Below are positions 1-11,239 of a stretch of DNA of 64,000 nt, piece by piece; positions within the stretch are counted from its first letter, which is position 1, and the number at the start of each line of letters is the position of its first letter. The position numbers and the translations under genes are program-made. The notes under the pieces were generated by a model. It was not told the DNA's origin and searched no databases. It worked only from the letters and a program-made list of their open reading frames with translations. Source of the DNA: Octopus sinensis (lineage: Eukaryota); the NCBI RefSeq assembly GCF_006345805.1, contig NC_042999.1, positions 157,914,001-157,978,000 on the forward strand. The letters run 5' to 3'.

Positions 1-186
1 AGCAGTATTTCGTCTGCCGTTACGTTGTGAGTTCAAGTTCCGCCGAGGTCGACTTTGCCTTTCATCCTTTCGGGGTCGATAAATTAAGTACCAGTTTCAC
101 ATTGGGGTCTATATAATCGACTTAATACCTATGTCTGTCCTTGTTTGTTCTCTCTATGTTTAGCCTCTTGTGGGTAATAAAGAAAT
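1..186 (+). mobile_element. tRNA-derived SINE family A (5' part cut by window edge), 'aaagaaata' tail variant
   Basis: Body tatttcgtctgccgttacg..gagttcaa(B box)..gtcgactttgcctttcatcctttcggggtcgat and the same tail as copies at 7384, 7646, 31013 and 52499. Confidence 0.85.
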
Positions 187-660
187 AGATATTCCCGTAC
201 TTGTCTATAATGCGCAACGTGTTGAACCAAAACGCGTTCTCACTGCTCTTGAGAAAGTCCTCGTGCATATCTTCGTCGAACGGCATTTGCGTGTCTTTGA
301 TGTTCCATTTGTGTTTAATACTTGCTTTGTCTCCAAGCTTGCTATCGTTTTTCTCCTGATTCTCTGTGAGACATTTCGCGTTGTTCATTCATATTTGGTA
401 ATTTGTTCAATAAAACATGATTGAATAAATTTTATTTACAATATAGAGGAATAGGAAAATCAAAAATCACGAAATCTAAATAGACGCCTTACTTTGCATG
501 TTCAAGTTACATGTAACGTTGATACGGCTTTTCAAAAATTATTTAAAAAAATAGTAAATGGCTGCTTAAAAAATAAGATTTTATACAAACATTTAATTTA
601 ACAAACTAAATATTGATTATTTTCTGATTACATATTCCATATTTGAAATATTTTCAATTA

Positions 661-662
<2 letters not shown>

Positions 663-704
<42 letters not shown>

Positions 705-724
705 TATATATATATCTATATATC
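663..724. repeat. (TA)n microsatellite
   Basis: Direct reading. Confidence 0.95.
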
Positions 725-734
725 TTTCATATAT

Positions 735-946
735 TTGTTTTGCAAGATTTTTTATGTGAAATCGTGTGTTGAAACATATTGTTGTATTTAGGAATGGTCA
801 TTTTGCCAGTTTAGCTAATAAAAACACAAGCACTATATATTTGGTGCTACTTTGCTTCAGCGTTATTTATTTTTTACATTAATCTTAATCTTATTTGGGC
901 CAGAGTTCTTTCGTCACACTCCTGTGACCGCATCAGTGGTCCTTTG
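735..946 (-). mobile_element. Penelope-like terminal repeat (pLTR) fragment with minimal hammerhead relic
   Basis: Abuts (TA)n; the minus strand reads ggacca-ctgatgc-g-gtcac-aggagt-gtgac-gaaa-gaac-tc-tggccc. Confidence 0.55.
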
Positions 947-1240
947 CTTTATTTTCTAGTGGACATTCCAGACAAGCTGAATGAGTTGAATGTGTGGTTA
1001 CAAGAAAAAGAAAAACTCTTCCATAATTTGTTTCGTGGGGTGACAGCTTCCCACAAGAAACTGGATTTTTGGATTGCTCAAATTGCTGACAGCAATTATG
1101 CTTACTTTCCTTGCCTTCAGGAACAGTCGCACATTTCAGCCATTAATCATGAATTCTTTGTGAGTGAGTTAAAACGGACTCAAGAAGAATTTGCCATGAA
1201 ATTTAAGGATTCCGTGCTTGTGAAGACCAGCTATTCTTGA
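944..1240 (+). pseudogene. hAT-superfamily transposase fragment (GTF2IRD2/EPM2AIP1/SPIN-like)
   Basis: FLVDIPDKLNELNVWLQEKEK..KKLDFW..YFP..EEFAMKFKD matches the recalled AFLVD..LNELNL.LQGK..KL..W..FP..EF..RF.DF block of these transposases. Confidence 0.6.
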
Positions 1241-1244
1241 AGTT

Positions 1245-2640
1245 TGTTCTTTCTAATGCAGCATTATAATATGGGGCGGCTTTTTCGAAAGTGTCTTTGT
1301 TGCCGGATAAATTTGTTTAATTACTGCTGGTGGGTGACTGTACGAGGCTTCCACGTTTTGTTTGTGGTAGGGTTTAAATTTTCCAGTATTAAGATTCATG
1401 TTAATGTCTAGGAAGTTGACTTCTTTAAGGTTTGTACAAATTGTGTTTCTTAGGCCTAATTACTCTTATTCTTTTTTACTCTTTTACTCTTTTACTTGTT
1501 TCAGTCATTTGACTGCGGCCATGCTGGAGCACCGCCTTTAGTCGAGCAAATCGACCTCGGGACTTATTCTTTGTAAGCCCAGTACTTATTCTATTGGTCT
1601 CTTTTGCCGAACCGCTAAGTAACGGGGACATAAACACACCAGCATCGGTTGTCAAGCAATGCTAGAGGGGCAAACACAGACACACAAACATATACATACA
1701 CATACATACATACATACATATAATATTTTATATATATATATATATACGACAGGCTTCTTTCAGTTTCCGTCTACCAAATCCACTCACAAGGCTTTGGTCG
1801 GCCCGAAGCTATAGCAGAAGACACTTGCCCAAGATGCCACGCAGTGGGACTGAACCCGGAACCATGTGGTTGGTTAGCAAGCTACTTACCACACAGCCAC
1901 TCCTGTGCCTATTGGCTTGATATTTTACATAATTTTTCCTTATTCTATCCATATCCTGTCCGTTTTTATTGTGTACTACTCCCAGGCCATCGTCCCTATA
2001 CAAACCCAAGTTAGCTTCTTTTATTTCTTTTTTTAAGGGCTTCTAGGATAGAAAGGCCTACAAGGTCAGTTATCTGTGCACCGTCATAGTTCCCCATTGC
2101 CACGTCAAATAACTCGTCTCCATTCTTTTTTACCCAGTAGGAATTATCATGAAAGAATAATGATTTCTTTCTGTTCATATTAATGTCTGTATCGGTATTT
2201 GTTATAGTGACATATCTTTTGCTAAATTCAAGTGCCTTCTGAAGCAAGCTTTTTGAGATCGAGGGGTAGAACTCTACGATACCGAATTGTATACATTTGC
2301 ATTTGTGTTTACTAATAATTCTTATTTCACTTTTTTTGTGGGATTTATTAATCTACAGCTAGGATTTTGCGTGAAATTGTTTCCATGCTCTTTCAGATTT
2401 ATGAAAGGATTTCGTGGGATAAGAATTTCTTCTTTTTCCTTTATTTTAAAACTTTGTGGCTAGATTTTTAGCTCCTATATTAATTGAATTATAGGAGCTT
2501 GTTTCCTTGTATGTTTTAGTTATGTTGTCGGTTAGTAGTTTGTAGTGTGTTTGGTTTTATCTGCTTTTTGTTTTCTCTGCTTTAATAAACATGTTCGTTG
2601 ATGTTTTGAAAGTGAAATAGGATTTATCAGTAAATCTATA
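1245..2640 (-). pseudogene. Penelope-like retroelement reverse transcriptase relic (YRDD type), interrupted by a SINE at ~1461-1912
   Basis: Minus-strand pieces CRLINP..SEI, IQFGIVEFYPSI, FDVAMGNYDGAQITDLVGL, GLYRDDGL, then beyond the SINE NLKEVNFLDINMNLNTG and FEKAAPYYNAAL; frameshifted. Confidence 0.7.
1461..1912 (-). mobile_element. tRNA-derived SINE family B (full length, internal (TG/TA)n, (agtaaaag)n tail)
   Basis: Reverse complement of ggagtggctgtgtggtaagtagcttgc..gggttcagtccc..gccttgtgagtggatttggtagacggaaactgaaagaagc..gactgaaacaagtaaaagagtaaaagagta; same family at 46260 and 62237. Confidence 0.9.
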
Positions 2641-3048
2641 TCAGACAATATTATACGACATATCAGAGTACACTCAAATCTTACTCAATGGATATGCAGT
2701 AGTGCAGCTATTGAATGCTTTAAAAAAATAGACGATAAAGAATCCTCTCTTACAAATCCTTATCTTACAAACAACAGAGTTGACTCTCTTACCGACAGAA
2801 AGTTTTTATAAAATAGTTTAACTTTCTCATAAATAAGTAGTTGAAAGAACCACACTCAATAAATCGAAATACTTTTAGAGCAGAAGTAATTCTTCTTCTG
2901 AATGAAGGGTGTATTAGATTTGTTGGTATCTTCACTATCGTTCTCTTTCTTTTTCTTGTCTCTCCGTCACCGAGGAAAAATGAACTCACCTAAATATGAA
3001 ACACAGGCTTTATTTTTCCTTACGTTACATATGGGAATTCAATGAATA

Positions 3049-3441
3049 TCTTTATATATAAAAGTCAAGTTGTGTGTCTGTCTCCTACGATTTAGATTCC
3101 TAACTACTCCCACATTTTGCGGTGCAGTGTAACCAAAAGCGGTATCTTATAGTCGTGATTCATATCGAGCCCTTCTGGGTAGTAGCGCGCGTCTACGATG
3201 AGTCTACGATTAAAAAAAAAATTACAATCATTTTTCCCCATTTTTAATGCATTTTTTTGCTATTATATAAGGGAAGTAACTCTCTAAAAAGGTATTATTA
3301 AATATCAGAACGTAAAAAGCTACAGTAACACCCCCCTTTGAGGTTAGCCATATTGAGATGGCTATTATACTTTACATCTCTAAAAATGCTTATATAGTTA
3401 TTTCCCTTACAAACCCGAGCAACGCCGGGCGATACTGCTAG
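3049..3441 (+). mobile_element. Non-autonomous Helitron
   Basis: 5' A|TC(tttatatataaa), 3' hairpin cccgagcaacgccggg then CTAG|T, no TSD; five copies in the window. Confidence 0.85.
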
Positions 3442-4054
3442 TATTGAATAAATTGACTGTTTTATAAAGTTTCAACGTGCAAGATCATAAAGGCGTCAGA
3501 CAGAAAGTCAATGCAATTTTTGTTCTGACTTTGTGCTGTGAGTTCAATTTCTGCCAAAGTCAGCTTTTCACCTTTAATCCTATAAAAACGTACCAATTCA
3601 AGGCATGGTAGAACTAAAAGAAGGACGGAACATATGCCTTGTGGTATTTGTCTCTTTGCCTTTAGAGTTAAAATCCCGTCACTGTCTATATGAATTGACT
3701 CTCTTACCAACTGAAGTGTAACCGTCTCAAAAATAAGTAGTAGAAAGAAGTACACGCAATAAATCGAAATACTTTCAGAGTAGAAATAATTCTTCTTCGG
3801 AATGAAGGCTGGAGTAAATCTGCCTTCAGATTTACTACAGTTAGAGTTACTAACTCTTACCCCAGATAGCCCGGTCTAACACCACTATCTAGCACATTGT
3901 TAGTGTTTTGGGCATTGGAAAACACCAGAAAGATATATTTAAAAAATGAATCATAGAAAATAATGTTGATCTGAGTGTGTGACAGACGCACGGACAGACA
4001 GCGAAACAAGGATCTTAAAATATACTCCTTTCTAATAGAGCGTGAAACTGTCGG

Positions 4055-4231
4055 AGAAGGAACTAGTCGATTACATTAACTCCAGTGCTTGACTGGTACT
4101 CATTTTATAGCCCCCCAAAAGAATAAAAGGAAAGCATACCTCGTGAAATTTGAACTCAGAACATAAAATAGACGAAATGCCGCAAAGAATTTTACCCAGG
4201 GTGCTAACGGTTCTGCCAGTTCGCTGCCTTA
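4055..4231 (-). mobile_element. SINE family A, diverged copy
   Basis: Homology to the family A head and body. Confidence 0.7.
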
Positions 4232-4687
4232 CTGAATCTAATAATAATATTTCTTTCTTTTTGCAGATTTCATCGGTAGCTAATCTAAAGATGTAACTTA
4301 TACAATATCCATAAGACAACTAAAAGAACGGCTCTTATAGATGTAGTGTGTGAGTAATATACGATCAGAATTAGATTTCTTCACTATCCAAAAAAAATTG
4401 AAGTCATCACTTTAGTATATTAAGAATCCATCCATCTATGCCTTCAGAAAAAAAAAAACAAAAGCAAAAAAAAACGGAAACAAATAAAAAAAGACTACAC
4501 CGTGTAGTTATATACTCGATGAGAGTTGTTAAATATTTGATGAGTTAGTTGATAGTTCTCCGCTTGGAACTTACCAGCATTCTACTACTTTGATGAATTT
4601 TCTCGTTATTACTAAATATCAACACAGTAACCTCCTTATATGAAGACAAATTATATCTTCTGAACTGTCTGCTGTCTGGTATTCTGT

Positions 4688-5017
4688 CAGTGATTCTCAA
4701 CCATTTTTTACCTATGAACTCCTTTAGTTACTATTTCACTCTGGTGGACCCTTACAGCTATTCGATGGTAATTTTATAGATACTTCTTTCAAAATTCCTA
4801 CTTTGTTTCTCAAATATTAACTTGTGTAAGTTGAACTATGTAGCACATTAGAGAAAGAAATCCAGCTGTTTCTTTTAATAAATACATCTAAATCAAAATT
4901 TTTTTCATGGACCCTTAATATACTACTGTGTGTACCCAATTTACTATTTTGCTTATGAGAACCCCCAAAACTCCATGTGACACCAGAAGTCATATGGACC
5001 CCGGTTGAGAACCACTA
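4688..5017. mobile_element. hAT-type MITE
   Basis: TIRs cagtgattctcaacc / ggttgagaaccacta; no intact 8-bp TSD seen. Confidence 0.55.
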
Positions 5018-5557
5018 ATGTAGATGGTGGCTGCAAGATAAAAATAAAAAAAGACCAATATACCATATTATATAAAATTTGATTATTACACGTTCACACC
5101 ATTCTACAGCGACAGTATATTATTTCGATACAATTGATAAGTGAAGCTGCTTTGTGCCAAAGAATAGGTCAGAGGTCCTGTGTTGCATTTAAAATTGACC
5201 GAAACGGAATATTTCTGAAACGAACAATTTTATTCAATAATATAATAATACTAGAATTCTCACCGTAGGAATAAATCATTAAGGTCGTGGACAAGAAGAC
5301 GCATATTAACCCCAAAGACTGCATCTTAATTCATTTTCGTCGAGCGTAATTCACGAAATGGTTGAAAGACAATTTCTAGACATTTAAAAGTATCGGGGAG
5401 TTTGTGATATTATGTCTATATTTTGGGATGGGGTGTAACCGAAACACATATCATAGACATGTACATGGTACAAACATTATCTGACACAAAAGTCAATATT
5501 TGAAGCAGACTGGTAAAATACACACCATATTAAATGAGTGTGTGAATGCGCGCGGCG

Positions 5558-5562
<5 letters not shown>

Positions 5563-5597
<35 letters not shown>

Positions 5598-5602
5598 TAT
5601 AT

Positions 5603-5685
<83 letters not shown>

Positions 5686-5686
5686 G

Positions 5687-5753
<67 letters not shown>

Positions 5754-5788
5754 ATATATATATATATACATACATATATACATACATA

Positions 5789-5829
<41 letters not shown>

Positions 5830-5880
5830 TATCATACAGACTTATAATATATATATATTTATATCTATATATATATATTA
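5563..5880. repeat. Imperfect (TA)n tract
   Basis: Direct reading; irregularities look like long-read consensus noise. Confidence 0.9.
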
Positions 5881-5883
5881 ATA

Positions 5884-6157
5884 GTAGAAGAAATGAGGTA
5901 AGAAGAGATCGGATGGTTCATATTAACAGATATTTATTTATATATTACATTTTACATATATATATCATATCATTCAGATCATTAGCGCTTTCTCCCATTC
6001 TAGTGGTTTTTTTTTTTTTTTGATTTGAAAACCCCACTAGAATGGGAGAAGCGCTAATGATCTGAATGATATGATATATATATGTAAAAAATGTAATATA
6101 TAAATAAATATCTGTTAATATGAACCATCCGATCTTCTGATTACCTCATTTCTTCTA
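5884..6157. repeat. Fold-back inverted repeat (~125-bp arms) within (TA)n
   Basis: agaagaaatgaggtaa..ccattctagtgg is mirrored by ccactagaatgg..ttacctcatttcttct. Confidence 0.85.
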
Positions 6158-6192
6158 ATATATAATACCTGTACATCATCTCCAAACCTCCA

Positions 6193-6227
<35 letters not shown>

Positions 6228-6240
6228 ATATATATAATAT

Positions 6241-6272
<32 letters not shown>

Positions 6273-6335
6273 GATATATATATATACAATATATATATAA
6301 TACATATATATATATATGTGTATATTATCGTATAT

Positions 6336-6382
<47 letters not shown>

Positions 6383-6394
6383 CATATATATACC

Positions 6395-6612
6395 GAACGC
6401 CCATGATAGATCGTTTTACTACTACAACACGGCATTTTTTTCTCTCCTTGTTTCTCTCCTTGTTTTTTTTTTTCCTGCGTATCTTTCTGTCGAAGAGCGT
6501 AGGCTCGAAACGTAAAATACTTTTTCTATTCCTGAGTGCTATACTAATACATTTGTTTGTTTGTACTCCCCTGCCTTCGCCTTTTGTTTATTTTCGTAAA
6601 CTTTCCTTTATA
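6395..6612 (+). mobile_element. Penelope-like terminal repeat with hammerhead-like motif (variant core)
   Basis: cttt-ctgtcga-a-gag-cgtagg-ctc-gaaa-cg-ta-aaa; homologues at 33905-34095 and 48712-48880; flanked by (TA)n. Confidence 0.6.
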
Positions 6613-6615
6613 ATA

Positions 6616-6647
<32 letters not shown>

Positions 6648-7383
6648 CTATATATTATATATTTATATACAACATGCAGGAAGTAAATAGACACCTTTAA
6701 TTTTAAAAATTTCTGATCTAAGCGTCTTTATAGGTTTTCAGCGGTGTAGAATTTACAATGTAATTATTCATTTTCATTCCAGGCGCACCATTATATTAAA
6801 CATTTGCGAAGAGTAACCATGCCATGCACAAAAGATTCAGTAGAACTGTCAGATTTTCTAGGAGCAATCTGTTGGCCATCTGAGGCTGGTCTTAGCCAGT
6901 GAAAAAATGCCGAAAATCTTCAAATTCCTCTTGCTACTGTTAATAGAATTATAGCGCAATTCAAAAGCCATGAAAAAGAATCAACAGATTCTCGTTCTGG
7001 ACGACCTGGACCCTTGGAAAGGAAGCTTCGCTGTTTGATGAGAATTGTGGAAAACGAACCTTGTTCGAAGGCTTCTGACATTGCAAAAGAGCTGGAAGTT
7101 AGTCCAAGAACGTGTGTTACATATTTGCCTAAGCTTGGGTATTACGGACGAATAGCTAGGAGAAAACCTCACCTTCAATCAATTGATATTATGGAAAGAG
7201 AGAAACGGGCTAAGGAGATGTCAGAAAAATCCAGTTAATTTTGGGATAGAGTGATTTTCTCAGATAAATCCAGATTTGCATTATTTTCAGACAGTGGACG
7301 TGTTTGGGTATGGAGGTTTCCCCATCAAGTATTTGATTTGAAACGACTCCAATCAATTGTGAGACTTGGCGGTATCTCTGTAA

Positions 7384-7616
7384 AGGCGGCGAGCTGGCAG
7401 AAACGTTAGCACGCCGGGCGAAATGCTTTGCGGTATTTCGTCTGCCGTTACATTCTGAGTTCAAATTCCGCCGAGGTCGACTTTGCCTTTCATCCTTTCG
7501 GGGTCGATAAATTAAAGTACCAGTTACGCACTGGGGTCGATGTAATCGACTTAATACCTATGTCTGTCCTTGTTTGTCCCCTCTATGTTTAGCCCCTTGT
7601 GGGTAATAAAGAAATA
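7384..7616 (+). mobile_element. SINE family A, full length, 13-bp TSD ggtatctctgtaa
   Basis: TSD at 7371-7383 and 7617-7629. Confidence 0.9.
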
Positions 7617-7645
7617 GGTATCTCTGTAATGGTATAGGGAGCTGT

Positions 7646-7878
7646 AAGGTGGTGAGCTGGCAGAAGCGTTAGCACGCCGGACGAAATCCTTAGGAGTATT
7701 TGGTCTGCCGCTACATTCTGAGTTCAAATTCCGCTGAGGTCGACTTTGCCTTTCATCCTTTCGGGGTCGATTAAATAAGTACCAGTTACGCACTGGGCTC
7801 GATATAATCGACTTAATCCGTTTGTCTGTCCTTGTTTGTCCCCTCTGTGTGTAGCCCGTTGTGGGCAGTAAAGAAATA
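7646..7878 (+). mobile_element. SINE family A, full length, 15-bp TSD ggtatagggagctgt
   Basis: TSD at 7631-7645 and 7879-7893. Confidence 0.9.
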
Positions 7879-8448
7879 GGTATAGGGAGCTGTTACCAGC
7901 TGATCGGATGTGTTGGAACCATAAACTCTGAAAAATACATCGAATACTTAAGCAAAGATTACTTCCAATGTATTCACACGATAACATAACGAAAAATGAG
8001 TTTTTATTCATAGAAGATGGGGCTCTATACCAGACAGCGAAAAGGAATCAACAGTGGCTGACTGAAAATGGGATCAAAAAGCTTCCTTGGCCGAGCTAAT
8101 CTCCTGACACGAACCCGATTGAAACTCTTTGGGGCATACTAGATGGAGCTATACGAAAACATTGACAGAAACCCGATGAATTGTTTCGATTGTTGCGTGA
8201 AAAGTGGGCAGAAATTCCACAAGAGACAATCACAAAGCTCATCAGTTCAATGCCAAAAAGAGTTTCTGAATTAAAACTGCAAAGGGAATGTCAACTGAAT
8301 ACTAAAGTATGTAGTCCTACCTATCGATTAGATTTCAATTGTTCACTTTAAGTACTAAATAAAGATCTTGAAAATTAAAGGTGTCTATTTACTTCCTGCA
8401 TGTCTGTGTATACACACACACACACACACACACGCACGCACACACACA

Positions 8449-8507
<59 letters not shown>

Positions 8508-8530
8508 CATATTTGCATATATATATATAT

Positions 8531-8961
8531 ACAAAATGAGAAAATGGAGAAATATATCTAAATCAATCATCAACATCAGATAAACCCAATCAATACTTTA
8601 TTAACCATTACACAATAGCAATGATATTATACATTAATATAGTACAAATATAACAAGACATAGACATAGAAATAGAAATACATTACATTGTAGCTGACAG
8701 CTGTTTCGCCGTGAAGACAGGTATGTCTCATTTATACCTGCTTTATATGGCTAATAGGTTAAATGGACATACCTGTCTTCACGGCCGAAACAGTGTCAGC
8801 TACAATGTAAATGTATTTCTATCTATATTCTATGTATTGTTATATTTGTACTATATTAATGTATAATATCATTGCTATGTGTAATGGTTTAATAAAAGTA
8901 TGATGGGTATTATCTGATGGTTGATGATTGATTAGATATATTCACCATTTTCTCATTTTGT
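8531..8961. repeat. Fold-back palindrome (~205-bp arms), Penelope-like end with partial hammerhead
   Basis: acaaaatgagaaaatgg..gtgaagacaggtatgtc is mirrored by gacatacctgtcttcac..ccattttctcattttgt; contains gaaa-cagctg-tc-agcta. Confidence 0.85.
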
Positions 8962-9698
8962 ATTATTAATTTACGGTAATAATTTTACCTTGCCCTCATA
9001 ATCAGTAGATGAATGAATCGAATTTTAACATTATGTATTAGCTTTGTTGGGTACTCTCTAGCAGTATATTGGATATATGTTATCCATGGAGGGTGAATTT
9101 ACAACCCTTATCATTTTATATATTATATAGATATATATAATATTATATAATATATATAATATATAAATGCATACATGCATCACACTCACACGCATAAAGT
9201 TTTGTAAAACAAGCAGGGAAAATAGAACTCAATACATGATTATATATGCTCATGTTTTGCTTTTTACTTTTGAAAAATTTAATATCCAACTATGTTCAAT
9301 TGGCAGAAGTTACAAAGTTACAAGCTTCTCCTGATTATACATATTTATTTATATAAGGGTGTTTTTGTGTATGTATGTATGTATATCACGGAAAGTCTCC
9401 GCAATAGCGTATCCTCGAGAAAAACGGATTTAAGTTTTGAAATCTGCGTCCCAACGGAATGGCATTCAGTAAGAAGTAATAAGGAAATATAATTTGCTAC
9501 TAGAAATAACTCGAATTTTAGATAGCTAAACCTACCCCTCTGTATCTACCATATTTGTCGCTCTCTGACTTTTACTCTTTCCCTCATCTCTCACTCACTC
9601 TCTCTCTCTCTGTATATATATATAGATATATAGATATATATATATTATATATATATATATATTCTCTCTCTCTCTTTCTCTCTCTCTCTATATATATG

Positions 9699-9741
<43 letters not shown>

Positions 9742-11239
9742 ACATCCTCTTACTCTCTTTCTGTCTATGTATATCTCTCAAGCATGCTGTTCCCCGTCTC
9801 TCTCTCTTCTCTCTCTCTCTCTCGATAAGACATATAATTGCTTTCATTTTGTTTAAAAGTTCGTCGTTAGAGCTTCTAATGAGTTTTACCTTCATTTTTT
9901 TTCAAAGACAGCTACCACACAGAAAATGCAAGCGTCCAAATCTGATTGAATAAAAATGGTTAGACTTTGAACTTCTGTAACACTTTTCTAAAATGTATCT
10001 GGAATAAAGGAATCATAAAATCGGATTCAATGTGAAAAATTACATCAATATACCAAATTTGAAAATTTTCACTTAATTTTGAAATTTCAAAATCTGTGAC
10101 AGCAACAGAAATGATTCCCTCTCCTTATCTATCATTTTTGTCTTTTACGCTTTATTCATTGTAAACTCTCCTCCTTTCTCAGAGTTGAAGCCAGAATATG
10201 AATTTGTCAGAATATGAACCTAAAGCGAATTCCTATGTCTGATCTTGGGTTTAATATTACAAATCCGCAAGGATAGTTTTCTGTATCTCTGATCTCTTAC
10301 TAGTTTTCCCATCTATTTTTATATATATATATCCATTTATATGTTTTAGTTTTCAATTCAATTTCCTGAGCGCACGTTAACGTACATTTACCTCCTTTTA
10401 AGAACGCGTTCCCTTGGTAGAATATCTATAGATCTATGTAAATCTGTATTTCGATTAATTTATACAGGATAGAGCAACAGAAATGAACGAATGTATAGAA
10501 ATTTTTTGATCGTGAGATAAATGAATACACATATCTACTGCATATAATACTGCAGATATATGTTTATGTGTTTATTAAAAATGTATATAGACATAAAGAG
10601 GAGTTGGAAATGTGTATTTATATGGATGTATATGTATGTATATTAACGTATTAAAGGCACACGCACGCACACACACACACACACCCATAAACATATATAG
10701 ATACTTGGACATACAGAATGAATATAACTGTATATTTGTATGTTTGTAAGTGTATATACGTGTGAATACAGTCATCTGTGTTCATATACCAGTATATATG
10801 TATAATATATAGATATATACACACACACATATCTTGGTATAATGTATAATATGTGTGCGTGCATGTTAATATTCAGATGAGATAATCGTGTAAGTCCGCA
10901 AACTTGAAAGATCTCCAAGTTAAACACACAGTATTTTGTATATTTTTAAATGGGTTTATACATAATCCTACAATTTTTCCATCGTTATTAGCAATGCGAA
11001 TGTTTTTCTAACTCTTATTAGAGAAGTTATGTTTCAGCAATATGGAATGGCGTCAATTTATGATGGTTGTAGTGAAAGAGGGTGTGAGGAAATGGAAAGA
11101 AGAGATTTTAGAATATAAGAGTGAAGAAGGAAGTGTGCTGATAAAATAGACAAAGAGAGAAGAAAGTGGAAACAAAAGAGAAAGGGGGAAGGTTATTTGA
11201 ACTGTAATAGGTAAAGCTGGAAGTGTATAAGGATGGAGA

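Larger units (their letters stand above)
6670..8408 (+). mobile_element. Tc1-like DNA transposon, decayed, with two SINE insertions
   Basis: 32-bp TIRs catgcaggaagtaaatagacacctttaatttt (6673) / aaaattaaaggtgtctatttacttcctgcatg (8371-8402); transposase motifs ARRKP, VIFSD, GGISVMVWG (restored after removing the SINEs), WPS.SPDTNPIE. Confidence 0.9.

Noticed and set aside
5538-6690. Long ORFs such as YIYIYI..., also the THTH, LSIY, polyY/L/E/N ORFs throughout the window
   Set aside because: Translations of microsatellites that lack stop codons; not genes.
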